Assembly (NCBI GenBank): GCA_000708835.1
Contig: DF236980.1
Span: 1-64,000, forward strand
Origin: Klebsormidium nitens
Taxonomy: Eukaryota > Plantae > Klebsormidiophyceae
Reading direction: 5' to 3'
Length of the DNA: 64,000 nucleotides
The notes under the pieces are model-generated. The model did no database searches, was not told the origin of the DNA, and worked only from the letters and a program-made list of their open reading frames with translations. A program made the position numbers and the translations under genes. Shown piece by piece: positions 25,401 through 36,830 of the stretch (its first letter is position 1; each line of letters starts with the position of its first letter).

Positions 25401-28400
25401 GTTGGCTGAGTAACCTATGCGTCTCGCTCATTGTGCCGGATTTGTCAATGGTTGAAGTGGAGGACTGTTCCTTTGAGAGTTTGTAACCCACAGGGAAGGA
25501 CGCTAGGCTGTTAAGTATGGCAGCGTCGCCTCGTTCGGAAGCATTTGTTTTCGGTAGGTACACTCTGCGGGTATCGAAGCTTCAGTTGGAAATATGGACC
25601 ATGAGAAACGCTCAGTTCAAGTGAGAGGGGTCCACTACTTCTGGAAGCGAAGTATCATTCTCACATGATTTTCAAAACAAATGAGAATGGCTACAAAGCG
25701 GAAGACCTAGTCTCGAGAAACATCTGGTGTCAACTTTGTAATAGGCACTCGGCATTGACCATCACCAGGGGCAACCGGGTCCCATTCAGTATCGAACGGA
25801 AGCCGGACTTGACACCATAAGAGCAGAGAAGGCAATCCCCAAATAACATCCTCAATCTGTGGCAAAAGTTCTGCCAGGTTGGCGAACATGAGCTCCACCA
25901 GAGGCAAATGAGCCCCACCCGTTCCTCAAATCTGAAACCAGATTAGCACAACAGGCATATAGCAAAACAGAGTCCACATTTGTGTCACACCGCCACGTTG
26001 TTGAGATTGAGCTTCACCAAGGGCGGACGAACCCCTCGACTTTTTGGCAGAAAGCAGACCTGACACCAAAAGAGCCACGTAGGCAAAGCCAATATAGATC
26101 CTCACTTTGTCAAACATTCTGCCAGGTTGTGGAAGTCGAGCTCCACCAGGGGCGGACGAGCCCCACCCACTTTTGTGGGGAAGCTGACACCAAAGAAGCA
26201 GATCAGGCAAAAAGCAGAGTAGATCCTCACTTTGTGTCACATGTTTTGCCAGGTTGTGGAAGTTGAGCTCCACCAAGGGCGGACGAGCCCCCCCGACTAT
26301 CTGACGGAGTCGGAGCTGATCGGGCTGATGGAGAAGCACGGCATCGGGACGGATGCGTCGATCCCGGTGCATATCAACAACATCTGCGAGCGCAACTACG
26401 CGCAGGTAAGGGGACTCCGATATAATCGATCCGTTCCAAACGACAAGCCGCCGAGAGATATCAATCGAAGCTCTGATCCCTGCGAGATTGCACCAAGGTC
26501 ATGGGGTCTCCAAAAACAAGTTTTTTGAGGATCGGATTGCAAAATACAGGGTTTTTGGTTACTACCTCACGTTAGGCGGAAGGTTAGGATCGAGGCTCCA
26601 GGTTTGGCATCGCTCGAGGCTTTCAAGGGGCAGCGGCCAGACTTGGATTGTAGATAGAGGAGTTTCAAACAGCTGAAATGTGTTGAAAATGAATTGGTGG
26701 GCCTCTAATTAGTTCTAAAAATAAGGCTGCAAGCCTCGATTTGGTCGGCAGAGAGCGCTCAGTTTTTAGCGATCTGACAGCTGTGCATATCCGAGCACTC
26801 GTTGCTGACTGGCGTTCATTTGCACCGGTCCAAAGACGAAACCCGCAGACCCTTGCATGCCAACCCCGCTCTTACCAGGCCCGATCCAGGCGGCATGAGA
26901 TTCCAGCCGCGTTTGGGTTCATTTCCCTTGCGGCTATTGGATCGTCATTCCGAACATCCGCATACTAGCCGTTCGCATGGACCATTTCAGATTTGAAGAA
27001 AGAACACGCGACTTTTTCTGGTTCCCAAACCCTTCGCAGGTTTAGTTGAGCCGGCGCGTTGCTCGGACCGCGCTTACCATCACGCGCTTCCGCAACAACA
27101 GCACAACGGCCCTTTACCTAGTGTTATTGACACCCTTTCGAAAACGCAGAAGTTCAGAGAAAATCCTTAGAGTTCGTAAATAATCGGCTAATTGGGCTCG
27201 GCGTCCACCCTCGCCCACGGATGCAATATCGTCGAGCTTGTGCTTACCAGCCATATCATTGCATCTTTTCGAATGCTCAAAACAGGAAACCGTGCAACCT
27301 GGAAGCCCAAACTTTGAAACCTTGAAGTTCTAGTACTCCAAAATTGAGGTTTGGCGCAAATCCAGTGGGCTTGTTGGACGGTTCACTGGACCATCAGACT
27401 CTCAGTAACATGATACTACCAGTTTAATACTCGGCTTTCCAATCCTCTGCAGGTTCAGGCCGGCCGGCGCGTTGTGCCTACCGCTCTGGGCATCACTCTC
27501 GTCCGCGGCTACAGCAGCATCGACCCGGACCTGTGCTTGCCGGACGTCCGGTCGCACATCGAAAAGCAGATCACGCTGATCGGGCAGGGGAAGGCCGAGT
27601 ACGCGCACGTTGTGCGCAGCTCGCTGCGGGACTTCGCCGCCAAATTTGCGTACTTCGTTAGCCAGGTGCGTTCTGGTTGGTTTCTGGGTTGTACTCTTTA
27701 GGTTTGAACAGAGTCAAGTGTTTGGGTGTCAGACCTGGCCAGACCTGTGGTCGCAACCCGAGCAGCAGAAGGCGGTGAAAGACCGAGTATACGCAGATCG
27801 TGCGCAGCTTCCTACAAGATCTCGCCGCCAAGTTCGCAGTCTTCGTCAGCCAGGTGCGATCTAGGTTTCTGGAATCTGATTGAGCGCAGAATGAGGGTTG
27901 TTGGTTCTTGGGGCTTTCTTGTGAGCTTCTGTGCTTCGTTCCAATGGCGCGCATGCCCGTCCATTTTCGTATTCCCCTTCAAGAAACTCACGCTTTGATT
28001 TGTCTGCTTCCTTTTCTCAAGTTAGCATCTTCTCTCATTCCTTGCCTGCTGTTTTCGTCTCGGGTCAACTTGTTCCATATTCCGTGCCTTAACATACTCG
28101 AGCCTCTCCGGAGCAAGTCCACGTGTTACCACATGGAGTAAGGGGCAGTCCTTTGCTCTTCCCCACCTCGTCAAGGAAGTTCTGATCCTTCGTCTCGGAA
28201 CGAACGGCTCAGTGTTTTGTTTAAATGGGCTATTCAAATTCCCTTTTCTTGTTCTCCCCCAAATCGAGCGCATGGACGCTCTATTCGGGGCGCAGTCCTC
28301 TGCTCTACTCCTCCCTCTATCTGTGGCCTTCATTTAACCCTTTTGTATGTCGACTTATCTGCGCTGTCCTCAAATATTGTTTACCTGTCGCCCTACCAGA

Positions 28401-30627
28401 TCGAACGAACGAAGAACGTCCTCGAGGCGCAGGTTTTCTCTCTGTTCCACCTCGGCAAGTACTTTTCGGCTCATGACTCTGTAGTTTCATTCTTCCGTAT
28501 TTTCAAAACCCCCTTTTCCTTTTGCCCCCAGATCGAGCGCATGGACACGCTCTTCGAGGCGCAGTATTCCGCTTTCCCTCCGTCTAGCTAACCTGTATTT
28601 CCGTTCATGTGGGCTGCTGTCAAATCCCCTTATTTCCTTTCCTTCCCAGATCGAGCGCATGGACACCCTCTTCGAAGCGCCATTCTCTACCTCGTCAAAA
28701 GATTGAGCGCTCTTTCAAAGAAATTGTTTTGAAAGTCCATTTTTCTGGCCTTATTTTGAATGCCCTTTTCCTGTCTCCCCACGCAGATCGAGCGCATGGA
28801 CACTCTCTTCGAGGCGCAGTTCTCGCCGCTGGCCGCCACCGGCAAGCCCCTCTCCAAGTGCGGCAAGTGCACGCGCTACATGAAGTACATCCCGATGCGC
28901 CCCGCGCGTCTCTACTGCTCCTCCTGCGAGGAAGTCTACAACGTCCCGCAAAACGGCGCGGTCAAGCTGTACAAAGAACTGCGCTGCCCGCTGGACAACT
29001 TCGAGCTCGTGCTCTTTTCTTTGTCGGGCCCAGGTAAGCTCCTCGCGGAATTCGCTTCTGAATTTAAGTCAGCGCGATTCAGCGCGACTCAGCTGTAGAG
29101 ATTGTCATTCGTCAAAAGGGCAGCTCGGCAGCTCGTACTGTACAAAGAACTGCGCTGCCCGCTGGACAACTTCGAGCTCGTGCTCTTCTCCTTGTCCGGT
29201 CCTGGTAAGTTGCGCCGTCTGGTGCGTGCTTTTCTTTTGGTTAATCCCCCCTCTGATCCTCTTTCTTTTCTTATTTTGTCTTTTCAAGCTATATAGTTTC
29301 TCAAAACCGTCGTAAGCTCGTCAACAAAGCAATGCAAGGAACTGCGCTGCCCGTTGGACGAGTTCAAGCCCGCGCTGTTCTCCTTATCTGGGCCAGGTGA
29401 GCCGGGCCGTCAAGTCTTGGGACGTTTCTTTTCCATGTTATGTCTTTTCTTGTCGCCCCCTTCCTTTCTTCCATGGGTCAAGGTTTGGCTAGGTATACAG
29501 ACAGGCGTGTCGCTCGTCAAGCCGACCAAGATTACCGACTGGAGGATCTGGGTCCTAATATCGTCGTGCTGTTGGGTCCAGTTGACCCACTGCCTGTGGA
29601 AAGCTGGTCCTAATGTTTCACTGCGTTTCTCGAGTCAGACCAAGCTGATATAATCTGCGCTCAACGTCCGGGCAAGGAACACAGGGAAGTGCACTGCCCG
29701 CTCGACGTCTCCGAGGCGCTTGCTGTTCCTGTTTCGGACCCAAAAATGCTTGAAAAGCGTGTAGAGCCGATTCTGTGAGGAGAGCCACCCTCACAGGGAT
29801 GCTACCGGTGAGTTCTCCGCATGGGTATAAACTACACCCTCTCCGTCTTCGAACAGATTGTCTGAGAGGCAAAGTTTCGGTTGACCACTCTTCAGCTTTT
29901 CTTATTACACTCCGTGCGCAGATCTTCCGGTCGTATCCAGCCAATTCAGAAGCATATCTGTGTCTAAGCTCATTGGCGCCCCAAGACTCTATTAAAACGG
30001 AGAGTTGCACCATCTCGTATTTGGCAGTCTAAGCCCTTTGATACCGTTCTCCTCTATCCAGATGGCAAGTCCTACCCCCTTTGTCCGTACTGCTACAACA
30101 ACCCGCCGTTCGAAACCGCGGGGCTGCTCTACGGGGGCGTCGGCGCAGGCGGTAAAACCGCGAAAGGGGGGATGCCGTGCACGCTTTGCCCCCACCCTAG
30201 TTGCCCCCACTCAATGGTCCAAAGAGGTGTCTGCGCTTGTCCCGAGTGCGAGGGAACCCTGGTTTTGGACCCGGTTAGCGCGCCCAAATGGCGGTTAGAC
30301 TGTAACCGATGTTCCTGCTTAGTGTATCTACCCAAAAACGCGCACAAGGTCGGTGTGAACGCGGCCCAGCGGTGCGAGGAGTGTGAATCGGCTCTGCTCG
30401 AGGTGGACTTCAACAAGAACGACACGCCGCTTGCGGGGGGGGCGACGAAGCACATGGGGTGCCTGTTATGCGATGAGCTGTTGCTAGGGTTAGTCGAGAT
30501 GAAGCACGGGAAGGCGTTTGCGCGGCGGCCGGGGGGGAGGGGCCGGGGGCGAGGGAGAAGGGGGCGGGGGCGGGGAAGGGGGAGGGGACGGGGGGAGGAT
30601 CCCAGGATGAGCTTTCGGGACTTCTGA
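19401..30627 (+). CDS. TOP3B: DNA topoisomerase III beta, 13 exons, 862 aa
   Basis: Exons 19401-19421, 19880-19936, 20582-20685, 21283-21376, 21759-21858, 22167-22413, 23087-23414, 24442-24657, 25128-25370, 26253-26405, 27453-27665, 28787-29033, 30062-30627 (2589 nt). Toprim motifs VLM|VAEKPS and [21 protein letters not shown], catalytic [29 protein letters not shown]-terminal Cys-rich zinc fingers and RGG tail. Confidence 0.96.
25690..26295 (+). repeat. Tandem array (~125-bp period) of degenerate copies of the TOP3B exon 10 acceptor region
   Basis: Exon-start sequence gttgtggaagttgagctccaccaagggcggacgagcccc recurs at about 25878, 25997 and 26126 before the true start at 26253, each with a copy of the preceding intron end. 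A further very decayed unit lies near 25750. Confidence 0.85.
28255..28830 (+). repeat. Tandem array (~130-bp period) of copies of the TOP3B exon 12 acceptor region
   Basis: atcgagcgcatggacac.ctcttcga.gcgc recurs at 28263, 28400, 28532 and 28650; the true exon starts at 28787. Confidence 0.88.
29138..29405 (+). repeat. Two downstream copies of the TOP3B exon 12 3' end plus donor site
   Basis: (ctgtac)aa.gaactgcgctgcccg.tggac.a.ttc...gg.cc.g|gt recurs with donors at 29205 and 29397; the true donor is at 29034. Confidence 0.88.
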
Positions 30628-31765
30628 AAAAGACGAAATATCATCTGGGGATATCATTTCATATCATATGACGAATGCGCACCCGAGCATTATAGCACAT
30701 CAGACCACTAGCTGCTAAAGTGAGATGATGATTGTGTGCGCCGAGCAGGGAGACCACGTGGACGGTCAGCGGGGCTAGGTCACGTAGACGGTTATGGACG
30801 TAAACGAAACGTTCTTTCTGCCCGCTGGTGGCGTGTTTCACACGAAGGAGATCAAGCAATTAGTTGACTACTGTACATGAACGCTCTCTGACATTCAGTA
30901 TATGGTGTAGTAGTATAGGGGCCAGTGATCGTACACCAAGCTCTGGCAGCGGATCGATGCTAGGTTCATGTCACCTTACTGCATTTTAAATTCATCCACA
31001 GGCATGCAATATTGCACCTGAGAGTTTTGTCAGACTGCGCGGTCTTGACTCATGCATGGCCTTTGATCGCGCGTCAGCCATGCATGCAAACCTTGAAAGG
31101 GCCCGGTTTTCTTGTCCTCAGTACATTGGATTTGGTGCGTGCGGCCAGGACCTGTGCACGCAAATGATCCTATAGCGCTGCATGTGTTTGAAGGGCACGA
31201 TGTCGCGATTGGACAGCATGCAATTATCGTTGATCAAAAGCTTTCGAAGCTGGCTCCAAGCTTCTCTTTTGATCTAAGAATACAGTGTCGGCCGCTTCAA
31301 AATGCCGCTGGTGAATCCTCTACCTTGCTTGCCCCTGGTTCGTCGTTTGCGCTCCTCAAACTGAGTATACTGGACTGTTGATTCGTTTCCAGGCCCAAGC
31401 CCGCCCAGGCCCAAGAGTTCTGTTACAACTCTGTTCGTTCATCACCCTTGAGAAGAGTCGAAGCCGACAGGACTCAACACCGAGGCTGACTCAGCTTCCC
31501 GAAACTTTGATCCAACCTCGTGTCTCCCGTATAAGGCATAATGGCACTGATGCACCGCTCAAAGCTGAGCCGCATGCTCTGTTACAAAAGCATTGCAGAC
31601 GGGCAAAGCGTGCTTTCGCCCCTTGCCAGATGTTGAGCATTTTAATCACAAGCTCGTTGGAACAGCAGAGTTAATTTTGCGCTAGGATAATCCTTTTGAG
31701 CTTTTGGTGCCGGCGGAGATCGAGATCGCTGCAAGCAACTCGGCTTCATCTCGGAGCAGCAAAAG

Positions 31766-32944
31766 ATGGCGCAGGGGGGCTCCAGATCAGCTTTCGACCT
31801 TCAAGTTCTTCCCGCAGAGGTTCTGGACGTGATCGTGGAGAAAGTGCGGAGGGGTTGCAGGGAGAGCTTCCAAGCACTTGGCAATTCAAGCAGAGAGTTT
31901 CGTGACTCTGCCAGGAGATGCACCAGGAGTCTAATTGTGACACCATCAAAGGAAATTGAAAAGCAGATTGCGAAAGAAGCATACCAGAAGAATACCAGCC
32001 ATTCAATGTATGGCAACGAACTACTTTCGAAGGAGATCCAGAAGCGGCCTGGCCTCTCTGAGCTGGTGATGAGAGAGCCTGGGTTTCTGAACCGGCGTGG
32101 CACTTTTTCCAAACTTAGAGTTGCTGAGAAGAGTCCCTTGGATCAGTTGCACATTAGTCGGTCATGCCTGCGCATCCGGGTCCGTCCAGCTCGCCGCATG
32201 GGATGGCTCCTTCTGCAAGCGCGTGCTCTCTGGATCCAAAGCGAGCCTCGAGAAGCTCAGGATATTGAGCTTTGATTTCCAAGGGAAGGCGCTCCTTAAA
32301 CTTCGTCAGCTATATCCTGGTCTCGCCGCCTTGGAACTCGAAGGCAGAGTCTGGGAACCCTGCAGATTACCCGAGCACGACAATCTGTTGGAGCTCGATG
32401 TTTCCAGGTTCAGACGCTTCAAGAAGCCACCACCACAGAATTGGCGTATGTCATGTGGAGGTGGAACGCCCCGATCAATTTCGTCTGCGGCGGCCGAGCG
32501 AAGCTGCCGTTCTCCAAGGCACCTGGCCACATTCACCACCTGACCGTGGCGGCCTTTTGCAGAGAGGAACAGAGCAGCAAAATCCGTATCTTGAATCCCC
32601 TTGAAGGTCTTTCTCCTCTGCCTCGCAGTTAAGAGGTCCTAGCTAGGACCTCTAACTATAGAAATGTACTTGCAAATATGCTATCAGAGCACGAGCCGTC
32701 CATGGTGTTCGATACTGGCTGCGTCAGCGTGTCCGCTGCTTCGAAGGATCCACGTTCGCGCCACTTCAAGCTCAGTGCAGAAGCAGTTCTGTTACAGGAA
32801 AACTTTCCTTGGTGGTATGGTCCTAAAGTCGAGCGGGTCTTCACAGCGTGCCCTCAGCTGAATGAGGTGTGCTTTAGCGGCTTCGACGGGGAGGGACTAT
32901 CTAGGTGGGAGAGATCACTGCAAGGAGTGAGGGTCGTCAATTAG
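31766..32944 (+). pseudogene. F-box-like/LRR-like gene disrupted by two frameshifts and one nonsense codon
   Basis: F-box-like start DLQVLPAEVLDVIVEKV...LGNSSREFRDSARR. Coding-like sequence continues in another frame from ~32097 (VALFPNLELL), shifts again near 32430, and has an in-frame TAA at 32630-32632 followed by 103 open codons to 32944. No usable introns explain the shifts. Sequencing error cannot be excluded. Confidence 0.6.
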
Positions 32945-34760
32945 CTGCCAAATGTGCCTATAGAAGCAGAACGTCACTACGGTCTAATTTTCAGAGGAAA
33001 GGAAGTCCTCAGGCTAGGGTGGGGTCAGCAGAATTTCAAGCAATCACCCAGTCCTACAAACTCAGAACTTTGCAGATTCTTGACGGATGAGATGGCGGTG
33101 GGTTTACTTTACCTCTGATCTGCTAGTTTCCTAGATCCAACACCTCATTGGTTCACCGTCCTGTAATTAGCTATATGTAAACAGAGGAGAAGAAATTGGG
33201 GACTGCATTTGTAGGACAACTGTACATGAATTGTCGGTGATATCAAACTCTTAAGAGTGTCGTTGGAGAGAAGTCGCGAAGAACAAAGAGCTTGGACTAT
33301 TCAGCTTAAAATTTGACGTCTATGATGAAATGGTTTTGCTCTTGGCCCCTCCGCCATTGCATATGAACTGGTGATTACCCGTGTTGCTTTTGGTAACATT
33401 TGAAGATTCTGGGCTGCCGTTGACATCCATGCGAGCGCCCACGATTCAATGTCAGTGCTATGTACAGCTTCTTACAAGAGCTTGGTATGTGATCTATGTT
33501 GGCAGTCGACCGCAAAGAAACCCGGCCAAAGCAAACTAGTCCTCTCTTCATCTTGTCGCTGCCATTGCAAGAACGCTCATCGTTGCCAGGAGGAGTCTTG
33601 TACTTCATGACAATAGATTTGAGCGCCATGGATACTGGCCGCCGCTTATCTAGGTATACTGGGACTACACTTTTGGCAGGCATCCCATCCTTATCAGGGT
33701 TTTACCGTCGCACTTGCTCTACATGAGTGGAATTCCAATCACACAATCCACTTTCAGGCACTTATCACGCGATTCAAATACGCGTGCCGAAATCTAGGCC
33801 ATGGGGGTCATCCTTTATCCCTCCTTCGTCACAATTCTATACAAAGCGTCGAGACTCTCGCGCATCTGGCTGCTACACCCACTTTTCCAAAGTCCTTGGA
33901 TGGAGCAAAGCCGTCGCTAATTTGTGAGTCTTCAATTGAAAGGATTGTCGCATGATTTAGTGTACGTATGCTCACACAGTCCCTGCAACTTGCATATGGA
34001 CACACTTGAAAGTCACTGCATGCATGAGGCGCAGTACTTTGACACCAAATTCGGGGCAAGTGTCAATAAAAGGACTGTCGGACCACATTGGCGCCGGCAT
34101 GACGCGATTCTGGTACATATCTCAATCTCAATATTCCAGTCAAGCAGTTACATGAATGTTGATTCCATGGCAGCCTGAGAGGTCGGCACATCCCGGATGC
34201 CTGGCGTAGCATTCGCGTCATTACTGACAAAAACTCAACCAAAGCATAATACAACACTGGACATTGGCCCCAGTCGAGTCGATTATCAGGACGCTGGCTA
34301 GCTCTCGCCGGGTTTTAAAGTGTTATAGCTGCATACAGCGATGGACAGCCTTATGTTCGGTGGCAGCATTACACGCATATAATTGAAAAGACAGCTTCCG
34401 ACAGCTGCCACGATAATTTTGTGAAGCAACATTCGACTCACAGATCAACGATACAAATTGTTGACTTGTAAAAATAGCTCATGGCGGTCTTACGATTGTC
34501 AGTTCGGTACTATGCTAAGCTTCAACCTATCCCTACGCGATTTGACCACCCGTTTTGGGCGTCTGAGAACTACAAGCAACCTATCCCTATGCAATAGGAC
34601 GACACCTGAGTGGTGACCTCCTTCAACTATCACAAACATTTCTGCAAACAAGTAGAAGCTGGATTTGGGGCTGGCAAACCCATTTCTTTTGTGTCTTCTA
34701 ATAATTTTTGGCAAACAATCACTATCAACCCTACATCAATCATAGTTTATGACCTGCTCT

Positions 34761-36830
34761 CTAGTAGTACGCATCGTCATCGCTCCCAGACAGGCTAGCG
34801 GTCTCATCACTCTCCTCCTTGGCCGCCTCCCCCTCACTCTGAAACTCCCCGCCATCCGAGCCCGTGTCGCTCGAGTCCATCGCCGCATCACCAAAGTGCG
34901 AGTCGGAGTCACTGCCCGGCTCCTCCTCCCCAAACGGCAGGCGGTCGCCCTCGGACCACAGGTAGTGCGTCTTGATGTCCGAAGTCGCGAACCCGTTGAA
35001 GCTCGTGCCCGCCGCGAGGGTATACGCCCCCATGTTGGGGAACAGCAGCCAGTCGCCGACCTCCAGCTTCGGCAGCCACACGTCGGTCAGGACCTGGTCC
35101 AGCCCGTCGCACGTCGGCCCGAAGACCGTCGAACGGTACATCTTCTCATCGAGCAGGCGCAGGCCGCCGGACACGCGCAGTGGGCGAGCGGAGATGGTAG
35201 CGTGGTCGTAGAGGAGGCAGTTCATGGACCCGTACACGCCGTCGTTGATGTAGTACTCGTTGGCCTTGGTGTGCGCGTGGCGCAGCCCACGCAGGCGGCG
35301 CCCAAAGACGAGCGCGGCCAGCGTAGCAGGCGCCTCGGCGAAGTAGCGCCCAGGCTCGGCGATGACCTGCAGAGCGGAGGGGCAAGGATACAGGTCAGAA
35401 GTTGGTTCCGGAGGTAGAAAGCACAGATTAGTCGACGATTCATCATTGTCCGGTAAGATGGAGTAAAATGGAGCACACTGCACATCTGAAATACTGCGAA
35501 CGGCTTCTAATCTGCAGCGTCCAGTTTCCATAAGCCCTCAGGACTTCAACTTGAAAGTCTCTCAACAGCAGCGAAGAACGGAATGCTTCCAGGCGGCACT
35601 TCGCAGTCCTCACCTTGACCCCCTCCTCCTCGGGGAAGAACTTCTCCAGCGCCTTGTTGATCGCAGCCCCCGCCGCCGAGAACGTCAGCTTCCCGCCAAC
35701 CGAGAGCCCGCCTCCAATGTCCAGCACCTTCATCTTGGGCATACCCAGCCCCTCCGCCATCTCAAACACCAACTTCGCCGCCTTGATCGCCTCCACGAAC
35801 GACTGCGCGCTCGCAGCGCCGCTGCCCACGTGGAACGACACCCCGACGCAGCTCAGCCCCAGGCGCTTCGCAACCCTCAGCAGCGGCTCGCACTCGTCGA
35901 ACTCGGCGCCGTACTTGGACCCGAGGGGGCACTGCGCGCCAACGTCGTCCGCGCGGATGCGCAGCAGAAGCTCCGCGCCCGGGTGCACCTTCTTGATCTT
36001 GTAGAGCTCGTCCTCGGCGTCGAAGACGGTGAGCTTGACGCCGGTAGAGACAGCGTGGCGCAGGTGCGACTCCAGCTTGCACGGGTTGGCGTAGATGATG
36101 CGCTCAGGCCCGACGCCGGCGGCGGCAACGGCCTGCATCTCGGCGAGCGAGGCGCAGTCGAAGTTGGCGCCGAGGGCGGCGAGGACGGCCAGCAGGGCGG
36201 GGTCGCCGTTGCACTTGACAGCTGCAGGAAAAGGGTGGCACTTGATGAGAATTCTTGGATGCAGCTGAGAACCATGTAAGCACAGTGCTTAAAGGAGGTG
36301 ACATTCGTTGACAGCTAGGGAGCAGGAGAAAGCGACTGACAGCACGAAGGACGGGCGTTAAGGATACTGGAACCACTTGCAAAGTTGATTACTATTGTAG
36401 AATAGTTGAAAATTTCGTGACTTGCGCAGCCTGTTCAAAAAAGAAAACCTTTGATTCAAAGCCTGACAGAAGGGTAGCACAGACCAGCAAGTGCGGCATC
36501 CGTCCCTCCTAGCAACACCCAGCTCCTCTTAAGAGATGAGGCAACACCAGAAAAGACAACAAATCAACAACAGTCCTCACCATAGAAGGGCTCCACGCGA
36601 GGCATGGTGGTCGTCCATGCGTCGTACAGGCGCGCCACCATTCCCAGGTCGAACATCATGAAGGGCGCCTCCTGGCCGTTCTGCTTGATGAAGTTCTGCG
36701 CGTACTTGTCCACGTCCCTGGGACTTCCCACTGATGCCAGGGTAGGCTTGAAGGACGCGACGGCAGTAGCCACCTCGTCACCCAAGGGGGCCAGGGCCTC
36801 CCACAAATCGCCAGACCCGCCGTGCAGCTT
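34761..36830 (-). other. ODC: Ornithine decarboxylase module of the fusion gene (fold-type III PLP enzyme)
   Basis: Motifs PFY|AVKCN (PLP lysine, K468 in the fusion), [55 protein letters not shown] and MGAYT. Confidence 0.96.

Noticed and set aside
31392-31413. Two GGCCCA site-II-like promoter motifs
   Set aside because: Hexamers are too short to support a regulatory call without functional data.
33375-33900. Possibly decayed coding sequence between the F-box pseudogene and ODC
   Set aside because: Multiple stops upstream in frame and no identifiable domain.
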